Origin: Abditibacteriaceae bacterium
GTDB taxonomy: Bacteria > Armatimonadota > Abditibacteriia > Abditibacteriales > Abditibacteriaceae
Assembly (NCBI GenBank): GCA_031372065.1
Contig: JANMKN010000144.1
Coordinates: forward strand, 1 to 15,497
Reading direction: 5' to 3'
DNA: 15,497 nt
A model generated the notes under the pieces. The model was not told where the DNA came from and did no database searches. It saw nothing but the letters and a program-made list of their open reading frames with translations. A program made the translations under genes and the position numbers. Below are positions 8,326 through 15,154 of this stretch, piece by piece; the first letter of the stretch is position 1, and the number at the start of each line of letters is the position of its first letter.

Positions 8326-9247
8326 ATGAAATTCGCAATTATTTGGCGGCACCGGCGCCATGGGCGGCGCTTTAGGCGCGGCGTTGTTCGAGGGCGGCCA
8401 CGAGGTTGTTCTGGTTGATGTCGCGCGCGAAGCGGTTGAGAAAATCAACGCCGATGGCCTGCACATCACCGACAAAAGCGGCGCAACGCGCGCAGTGCGC
8501 GTTCCAGCGACGCTTTCGCCCACCGAAACCGGCGCGGTGGATGTCGTTGTTGTGTTCGTGAAATGCTATCACACCGAAACCGCGATGCGCGCTGCCGCGC
8601 CGTTGCTGGGGCCGCAAACCGTCGTGCTTTCGTTGCAAAACGGTTGGGGAAACGCCCCGCGCATCGCGCAAATCGTGGGGGAAGAGCGCGTTTTGGTCGG
8701 CGTCACCTACCACTCGGCCATACTGGTGGAAGCAGGCCACATTCGACATTCGGGAGTCGGCAAAACCTTGCTGGGCGAACTGGGAGGCACTGTCACACCG
8801 CGCCTCGAACAGGTTGCCGGCGCGCTGAGAGACGCGGGATGGGAAGTCGAAGTCTCGACCGATATTCGCAGCAAAATCTGGGGAAAATTAGCGCTTAACG
8901 TCTGCACGCTGCCCACCTCGGCTTTGCTGCGTTTCACGGCGGACGAACTTCCCAAGCATGAGGGCATATGCCGTCTGATGCGCGCGTTGCTCCATGAAAC
9001 CATCGAGGTCGCCCAGGCGCAAAATATCGCGCTCAATTTCCATGAGCGATGGGACGCCATTATTTCGCTGCTGGAAAAAGCGGTCGGGGCCAAAAGTTCG
9101 ATGCTGCAAGATGTCGAGCGCGGTCGCAAAACCGAAATTGATGTGATTAACGGCGCCATCTGCGAGGCCGGAACACGACTTGGCATTCCGACCCCTTACA
9201 ACGACGCGCTGCTGTCGCTGGTGAAGGCTTTGGAGGAAACATTTTAA
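8326..9247 (+). CDS. panE: Ketopantoate reductase (PanE/ApbA) family 2-hydroxyacid dehydrogenase with an apparent +1 frameshift after codon 6 (intact ORF 8360..9247)
   Basis: Motifs VFVKCY, LSLQNGWGN, IWGKLALN (catalytic Lys) and KSSMLQDVERGRKTEIDVINGAI (catalytic Glu). ATG8326 reads MKFAII, then one extra T, then GGTGAMGG, which is the Rossmann start. The symbol denotes the family only. Confidence 0.85.
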
Positions 9248-9270
9248 AACCCAAACTTCGATTTTTTGGC

Positions 9271-10008
9271 GTGGCGGCGTATGAAATCGTCAATGCGCGC
9301 GGCCAGCACATCCTGCTCGATCCGTTTTTAGATGAGAATCCCGGTTCGCCGGTCAAGTCGCACGAGTTGGAGCACGTTGATTTAATTGTCGTATCGCACG
9401 CGGCCTTCGACCATCTGGGCGACACGGAAACTCTGGCAAAACGCACCGGCGCACCTGTTGTCTGTGGCGGCGAGGTCAAGGCGTATCTGGTGGCCAAGGG
9501 CGTTCCCTCCGAGCAGATTCGCGCTACGACGTGGGGCATCCGCGTCGAAGTCGCGGGTGTAGAAATACAGCCCGTCGAATGTCATCACTGGTCGCAAATC
9601 CAGATGCCGGACGGCACCTTTGCTTCGGGTGTGCCGATGGGATTCGTCGTGGATGTCGCTGAGGACGTGCGGTTTTACCATTATGGCGACACGGCAATTT
9701 TCAGCGATTTGAAGCTCTTCGGCGAACTTTACAGGCCGACTATCGGCTGTTTTGGCATCGCCAACCCGCTCGAAATTCTGCATCGCATCAGCGCGCCGGG
9801 GCGGATGATGACGGCGGAAATGAATCCGCGCGAAGGCGCTCTGGCGGCGCAGTGGATCGGCGTGCAAACCGCGTTGCCCTGCCACTTTATCAATCCCGAT
9901 TGCCCCGAAGTCCGCGAATTCAATTTGCATCTGGAAACTGCGCGCGAGCAAGGCCACAGCGTGCCCAAATCGGTGGTTCTGGCGCCGGGAGACTGGCTGG
10001 AGCTTTAA
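9271..10008 (+). CDS. Metallo-beta-lactamase-fold hydrolase (UPF0173/UlaG-like); true start probably ~9241-9244
   Basis: ILLDPFL, SHAAFDHLGD (variant of HxHxDH), ECHHWS, YHYGDTAIFSDL, MNPREGALAAQW, LPCHF and LAPGD. The in-frame upstream LKPKLRFFG looks like the first beta-strand of the fold. Confidence 0.85.
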   Translation: MAAYEIVNARGQHILLDPFLDENPGSPVKSHELEHVDLIVVSHAAFDHLGDTETLAKRTGAPVVCGGEVKAYLVAKGVPSEQIRATTWGIRVEVAGVEIQPVECHHWSQIQMPDGTFASGVPMGFVVDVAEDVRFYHYGDTAIFSDLKLFGELYRPTIGCFGIANPLEILHRISAPGRMMTAEMNPREGALAAQWIGVQTALPCHFINPDCPEVREFNLHLETAREQGHSVPKSVVLAPGDWLEL

Positions 10009-10009
10009 A

Positions 10010-10151
10010 AGATAGTCGAAAAGTAGCGGCGACTCCCTTCCCCTTTGCCGTATCAAGGGGAAGGGCCGGGGATGGGGTTGCCGTTAAGCCGCAGAACCCC
10101 ACCCTAACCCTCCCCTTAAACGGCAAGGGGAGGGGACTTTTCAGACTATCT
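10010..10151. mobile_element. MITE-like/boxC-like nested palindromic intergenic element
   Basis: Terminal inverted repeats agatagtc-gaaaagt (10010-10024) and acttttcagactatct (10136-10151) match at 15/16 with one indel. Two inverted inner units each carry a perfect hairpin: cccttcccctt/aaggggaaggg (10035-10065) and ccctcccctt/aaggggaggg (10108-10134). Tails ggggatggggtt / aaccccaccctaa. Confidence 0.7.
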
Positions 10152-10159
10152 CAAACATT

Positions 10160-11206
10160 ATGCAAGCAATCATCATGGACGCGCCCGGTGCGATGCGCGT
10201 GGGAGAATGGGACACGCCTCGGCCTGGTGCGGGCGAAGTGTTGGTGCGCGTCGAAGCTGTGGGCATTTGCGTCGGAGACACCCACATTTACGCCGGCAAA
10301 AGTCCTTATGCCAAATTTCCCGTTATCGGCGGACACGAAATCGCCGGAGTCATCGAAGCCACAGGGGAAAGCGTCGCGGATTTTGCCGGCGGTGAGCGCG
10401 TGGTCGTCGAGCCGTTTTTGGGATGCGGAACCTGCTATCCGTGTCGCATCGGCAAATCGAATTGCTGCGCCGACCTGCAAATCATCGGGGTGACGCGGCC
10501 CGGAGGGTTTGCGGAGTTCGTTTTGGCGCCCGCAACTCATGTGCATCGGGTGCCCGAAGGTTTATCCGTTTTTGAAGCCGCGTTTGCCGAGCCGGTTGCG
10601 ATTGGCGTGCAGGCTTGTCGCCGTGCCCAGTTGGGCGAAGGTGAATCGGTGCTGATTTTAGGTTGCGGGCCGATTGGTCTGGCGCTCATTGAAGTGGCAC
10701 GGGCACACGGCGCGCAGGTATTTGCTGCCGATGTGCGAGCCGAACGCCGCGAATTCGCCGCAACTCTGGGAGCGCATACCTTCGACGGCGCCGACCTTTT
10801 GCCCGCCATCATGGAATTGACAAACGGCGAAGGGATGCCCGTAGTCATCGAAGCGACCGGCGTGCCCGCCGTGATGGAACAAACCGTTTCTCTGGTTGCC
10901 TCCGGCGGGCGCGTGGTCATCGTGGGCCTGGCCAAGCGCGGCGAAGGCGTCACCTTTCCGGGCCTCGATTTCACGCGCAAGGAACTCACGGTTTTAGGTT
11001 CGCGCACCTCGGTTGACTGTTTTCCCGAAGCCCTCCAACTTTTAGTGGATAGTCACATCACTTATCCGCGCGTTGCTACGCCGCTTTGCCTGTGGGACTC
11101 TCCACAAATCTTCGCGGAAATGGCTCGCAACCCCGAAAAAATGCACAAAGGCGTGCTGCTTCCCACCATTCCTGCTCTGGAATCTAAAATTGAGCCAATC
11201 TCATGA
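10160..11206 (+). CDS. Zinc-dependent medium-chain alcohol dehydrogenase, sugar-acid dehydrogenase type (L-galactonate/L-gulonate 5-dehydrogenase-like)
   Basis: Catalytic Zn motifs GICVGDTH and GHE, structural Zn motif CGTCYPCRIGKSNCC, NAD motif GCGPIG, and C-terminal KELTVLGSR. Confidence 0.9.
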   Translation: MQAIIMDAPGAMRVGEWDTPRPGAGEVLVRVEAVGICVGDTHIYAGKSPYAKFPVIGGHEIAGVIEATGESVADFAGGERVVVEPFLGCGTCYPCRIGKSNCCADLQIIGVTRPGGFAEFVLAPATHVHRVPEGLSVFEAAFAEPVAIGVQACRRAQLGEGESVLILGCGPIGLALIEVARAHGAQVFAADVRAERREFAATLGAHTFDGADLLPAIMELTNGEGMPVVIEATGVPAVMEQTVSLVASGGRVVIVGLAKRGEGVTFPGLDFTRKELTVLGSRTSVDCFPEALQLLVDSHITYPRVATPLCLWDSPQIFAEMARNPEKMHKGVLLPTIPALESKIEPIS

Positions 11207-12021
11207 AAATCTACCGTTTCACGCATCAACAAAAGACTTATTTAGGTGTCGAGGAAAATGGCGCTTTAGTGCCGTTTCAAGGCATCGAAAACTTTCAAAG
11301 CTGGCTGCAAAACCCAGACGTTGAAAAGGAACAGCGGACTTTTTCCTTTGAAAAAGTCGAACTTTTAGCGCCTTTGCTGCCCGGCAAGATTCTGTGTTCG
11401 GGCGTCAATTATCGCGGTCACATCGAAGAGAATCCGGCGGCGAAATTTCCCGACTTCCCCTTTTTCTTCGCCAAACTGCCAAGCGCAGTTATTGGCCCCG
11501 GCGTGCCGATTATTAAACCCACGATGACGGCGCAACTCGATTATGAGGTAGAATTCGCGGTCGTTCTGGGCAAATCCATTCACCACGCGACGCCCGCCGA
11601 AGCCCTCGACGCCGTTTGGGGCTACACGATTCTCCACGACGTTTCAGCGCGCGATGTCCAGTTCACCGACGCCCAAATCACATTGGGAAAAAACTTCGAC
11701 ACTTTTGCTCCCATCGGCCCTTGTCTGGTTTCGCGCGATGAAATCCCCGACCTGAGCGATGTGCATCTTCGCACTTTCGTCAACGGCGAGATTTTGCAAG
11801 ACGGCTCGACGAGCGATTGGGTGTTTCCTTTGGGCGAACTGCTGGGACATCTGTCGCAGGTTATGACGCTGCAAGCGGGCGACCTCATTACAACGGGCAC
11901 GCCGGCAGGTGTCGGCTATTTTCGTTCACCACAACGCTTTTTGGTCGAGGGCGACACCGTAGTGCTGGAAATCGAGGGCATTGGCCGCTTGGAAAATCCT
12001 GTCATCGGTCAAAGCGCCTGA
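11203..12021 (+). CDS. Fumarylacetoacetate hydrolase (FAH) family protein
   Basis: GVNYRGH, FFAKLPS, LDYEVEF, HDVSARD, GKNFDTFAPIGP and GDLITTGTPAGVG. ATGA overlap with the upstream stop. Confidence 0.93.
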   Translation: MKIYRFTHQQKTYLGVEENGALVPFQGIENFQSWLQNPDVEKEQRTFSFEKVELLAPLLPGKILCSGVNYRGHIEENPAAKFPDFPFFFAKLPSAVIGPGVPIIKPTMTAQLDYEVEFAVVLGKSIHHATPAEALDAVWGYTILHDVSARDVQFTDAQITLGKNFDTFAPIGPCLVSRDEIPDLSDVHLRTFVNGEILQDGSTSDWVFPLGELLGHLSQVMTLQAGDLITTGTPAGVGYFRSPQRFLVEGDTVVLEIEGIGRLENPVIGQSA

Positions 12022-12431
12022 TGCAAAAACTCGAACACCTTGGACTCGATCATCTCGCCATCGTCGTGCCTGACACCGAAGCGGCGCTTGTGGTTTGGCG
12101 CGACCATTTCGGGTTTCCGGTTTTGTATTCCGAAAAAGTCGCCGGCGACACCGTTCTGCTCACTCATCTCGATTTGGGAAACGTGCAATTACAGCTCGTT
12201 GAACCTCTCGTTGAAAACCACCCGTTGCAACTGTGGCTGCGCGAAAATGGGCCGGGCCTGCATCACTTTTGCTTGAAAGTGGAAGACATCGGTGATTCTC
12301 TCGAAGCGATGACGAAACTGGGGCTGGCTTCAAGTTCTGTCGCGCCGCATCAGGGAACGCAGGGCAAGCGCGCCCTGTTCTTGGATAAAAACGCCGCGAT
12401 GGGCGTTCAAGTGGAGCTAACCGGTGATTAA
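12021..12431 (+). CDS. VOC family protein (methylmalonyl-CoA epimerase/glyoxalase-like)
   Basis: ATG at 12021 overlaps the FAH stop (TGATG); the ORF-track start at 11817 lies inside the FAH gene. Metal-ligand motifs LDHLAIVV, QLQLVEP, GLHHFCLKVEDI and GVQVELT. 136 aa. Confidence 0.88.
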   Translation: MQKLEHLGLDHLAIVVPDTEAALVVWRDHFGFPVLYSEKVAGDTVLLTHLDLGNVQLQLVEPLVENHPLQLWLRENGPGLHHFCLKVEDIGDSLEAMTKLGLASSSVAPHQGTQGKRALFLDKNAAMGVQVELTGD

Positions 12432-13815
12432 AGCGGATTTATTAGCCGCTCTGCCTCCGATTTGGCCCCACGACTTGAGCGGTGGCATCGCGGATCATTT
12501 GAGCCGGTTAAATCGAACCATCGTCGTGCTGGACGATGACCCGACCGGCACTCAAACTGTGTTTAACGTGCCCATTCTCACCGTTTGGGATATGGAAACG
12601 CTGACGGCGGAACTGGAAACACAATCGCCGATTTTCTATGTTCTCACCAACTCGCGTGCGCTCACCAGCGCACAGGCGGGCCAACTCGCGCATGAAATTG
12701 GGCGCAATTTGCGCGCGGCCAGCGCGGCGTCTGGTCGGGACATCGAAATTCTCTCGCGCGGCGACTCGACGCTGCGCGGCCATTTTCCCGGTGAAGTCGA
12801 AGCTCTGGCCGACGGATTAGAAACTTCCTTCGATGCGACTTTGCTCGTCCCCGCGTTTTTCGAGGGTGGGCGTTTTACGCTCGGCGATGTGCATTACGTG
12901 CAGGAAGGCGAAAACTGGTTGGAAGCCGCTTCGACGCCTTTCGCGCGCGATGCCGCGTTTGGCTACACCCGCTCGAATTTGCGCGAATGGGTCGAAGAAA
13001 AAACGGCGGGGCGTGTGCGCGCCGCTGACGTGGCCTCGCTTTCTCTTGAAGCTTTGCGCGCCGGGCCGCAAAAAGTTTTAAAGCGCCTTTTGACACTACC
13101 CCAAGGCGCGATTTGCGTGGTCAACGCGCTCGAAGACCGTGATTTGGAGGTTTTGTGCCTCGCGTGGCTCCAATCGGAACGCAAAATAGTGGCGCGCTGC
13201 GCCGCGTCTTTGGTGCCGATTCGGGCCGGACAAAAGCGCCGCGAACTGCTTTCACTGGGAGAATTGGGCTTGCCCGCAAGCGGCGGAACCTTAGTGGTCG
13301 CCGGTTCCTACGTTCCCAAAACAACAGCGCAACTCGCGCAATTAGAAGCGCGCCTGAGCATCCAAAAAATCAAAGTCGAAGTCGCGCGCGTGCTCAATAA
13401 AACCGAGCGTGATGGCGCGATTCGAGAAGCGATTGAGGCGATGAACGGTGCGCTCGCCGCTGAAAAAGACGTATTGCTTTGCACCTCACGCGCGCTCGTC
13501 ACGGGCTGCGATGCAGCGGCGAGCCTGCAAATCGGCGCGCGAATTTCGACGGCTCTGGTGGAAATCGTGAGCGGACTTAAGCAGCGCCCACGCTGCGTGG
13601 TGGCCAAAGGCGGCATCACTTCGAGCGACCTGGCGACCAAAGCCTTCGGTGTGCGCCGCGCGCTGGCGCTTGGCCCCATTGCGTCGGGAGTTCCTGTTTG
13701 GAAATTAGAAAAACAGTGCCGCTTTCCCGAACTGATTTACGTTGTATTTCCTGGAAATGTCGGAGATGAAGCGGCTCTTGCAAAGGTCGTAGAGAAAATC
13801 AGTGTCAGGAACTGA
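12424..13815 (+). CDS. Four-carbon acid sugar kinase family protein (DUF1537; SBD_N + NBD_C)
   Basis: VVLDDDPTGTQTV, LTNSRAL, SRGDSTLRGH, PAFFEGGR, AGSYVPKTTAQL, AKGGITSSD and FPGNVG. GTG start with GGAG 7 nt upstream. Confidence 0.92.
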   Translation: MIKADLLAALPPIWPHDLSGGIADHLSRLNRTIVVLDDDPTGTQTVFNVPILTVWDMETLTAELETQSPIFYVLTNSRALTSAQAGQLAHEIGRNLRAASAASGRDIEILSRGDSTLRGHFPGEVEALADGLETSFDATLLVPAFFEGGRFTLGDVHYVQEGENWLEAASTPFARDAAFGYTRSNLREWVEEKTAGRVRAADVASLSLEALRAGPQKVLKRLLTLPQGAICVVNALEDRDLEVLCLAWLQSERKIVARCAASLVPIRAGQKRRELLSLGELGLPASGGTLVVAGSYVPKTTAQLAQLEARLSIQKIKVEVARVLNKTERDGAIREAIEAMNGALAAEKDVLLCTSRALVTGCDAAASLQIGARISTALVEIVSGLKQRPRCVVAKGGITSSDLATKAFGVRRALALGPIASGVPVWKLEKQCRFPELIYVVFPGNVGDEAALAKVVEKISVRN

Positions 13816-13909
13816 AATTCCGACGGGTTTCGCAGACGATTTTACCGAATCAAGCGACTCAATCGGTGACGGCTCAGGCCGGCGCCGGGGCAATCCCCGC
13901 CCTTGTGCT

Positions 13910-14956
13910 ATGAACATTTCAACTCAAAACGTCGCCGTCCGGCGCGAATTACTTACACAATTGTTTCCGAGCGGTATCCCACGCCTGTGGTGTCCGGCTT
14001 TGACGCACTTTTCCGACGCTCAAACGCCCGATTTTGCGCGCATTGAAACGCATCTGCAAAAACTCGCGCCCGATGTGCGCGGGCTGCTTATTCCCGGCTC
14101 GACCGGCGAAGGCTGGGAAATGAGTGATGCCGATATTCGCGGTTTGCTCCAAGGCGTTTTACCGCTCGCCAAAGCCAACGGGCAGAGCGTTTTAATCGGC
14201 GTTTTGAAGACCACCACGCCCGCTGTATTGCAGTGCTTGCAGGACACAATTTCATGGTTGGTCGAAACTTCCGGCGCGAGTTCGCCGCTTGAAGCAATGC
14301 AAAAAATGGGCGTCGTTGGCTTTACCGTTTGTCCGCCGCAGGGCGCGGATTTGTCGCAAAACGAAATCGAAAGCGCGTTGCGGCAAGTCTTGCAAATCGG
14401 CGTTCCAACGGCGCTTTATCAATTGCCGCAAGTGACACAAAATGAAATGGCGCCGGAATTGGTGGCGAAATTGGCGGCGGAATTTCCCAATTTTTTGCTT
14501 TTCAAAGATACCAGCGGGCGGGATGTCGTCGCCAATTCGCGCCTCGATTTGGGCGGCGTATTTTTGGTGCGCGGCGCAGAAGGCCATTACTGCGATTGGA
14601 CAAAAGCCGGGGGCGGCGTTTACGATGGACTTTTGCTTTCGACGGCGAATGTTTTCGCGCCGCAATACAGCGAAATTTTCCGGCTGCTGGACGCCGGTGA
14701 AACCGAAAACGCAGCGCAGCTTTCTGCGCGCGTTTCGCAAGTTGTCGCCGCCGGTTTTGAATTGGCGGGCGGAATTGCGCTCGGAAATCCGTTCACCAAC
14801 ACGAACAAGCTCTTCGACCACGTTTTGGCGCACGGCAAAAAGGCGCTCGAAGTCGCGCCGCCGCTACTCTATTCGGGCACGCGATTGCCGCAAAGCGCGG
14901 TGCAAAGCGCAGCGGAATTGCTCGAAAAAGCGGGGCTGGCTCAAGAAAATATGTGA
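13910..14956 (+). CDS. Dihydrodipicolinate synthase / N-acetylneuraminate lyase family class I aldolase
   Basis: GSTGEG carboxylate-binding motif, LYQLPQVT (Tyr) and FKDTSG (Schiff-base Lys, codon 14504-14506). ATG 13910 is preferred over GTG 13802, whose extension overlaps the kinase gene and looks non-coding. Confidence 0.85.
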   Translation: MNISTQNVAVRRELLTQLFPSGIPRLWCPALTHFSDAQTPDFARIETHLQKLAPDVRGLLIPGSTGEGWEMSDADIRGLLQGVLPLAKANGQSVLIGVLKTTTPAVLQCLQDTISWLVETSGASSPLEAMQKMGVVGFTVCPPQGADLSQNEIESALRQVLQIGVPTALYQLPQVTQNEMAPELVAKLAAEFPNFLLFKDTSGRDVVANSRLDLGGVFLVRGAEGHYCDWTKAGGGVYDGLLLSTANVFAPQYSEIFRLLDAGETENAAQLSARVSQVVAAGFELAGGIALGNPFTNTNKLFDHVLAHGKKALEVAPPLLYSGTRLPQSAVQSAAELLEKAGLAQENM

Positions 14957-15061
14957 TGCTCCAAATCCTTGTTGCCAAACGAAATGGCTTGGCCAACCGG
15001 CCCGATGGGTTCTGAACCTGAAAACATGAGAGTTTTCTCATCTTGAAGGTCAATTCCGAGG

Positions 15062-15137
15062 TAAAAAAACTCAAACCAAATAGGTTCGACATTACGATGG
15101 TGCAGGCAGCCAGAACACAGAGAAATGTCGAACCCAT
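15062..15137 (-). terminator. Long-loop stem followed by a U-rich tract downstream of the HTH gene (possible terminator)
   Basis: Perfect 11-bp inverted repeat ggttcgacatt (15083-15093) / aatgtcgaacc (15124-15134). It extends to 14 bp with one G-U pair on the minus strand and has a 30-nt loop. On the minus strand it is followed by TTGGTTTGAGTTTTTTT. Confidence 0.4.
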
Positions 15138-15154
15138 AAAATTGAATCCAGACC

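Noticed and set aside
9852..10493. ORF crossing the palindromic element (contains PTLTLPLNGKGRG)
   Set aside because: The peptide is simply the translation of the repeat, and the ORF overlaps two real genes out of frame.
13802..13909. GTG-initiated extension of the DHDPS-like gene and small hairpins (ggggcaatcccc; accga...tcggt) in the gap
   Set aside because: The extension looks non-coding, and the stems are short with no U-tract or known RNA motif.
5596..14833. Numerous minus-strand ORFs across the operon (e.g. 5596..6447, 6515..7096, 9382..10056, 14252..14833)
   Set aside because: They are shadows of well-supported + strand genes and have no family motifs.
15081..15093. GGTTCGA resembling a tRNA T-loop or attB remnant
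   Set aside because: There is no cloverleaf, T-stem or CCA context; it is better explained as one arm of the inverted repeat.
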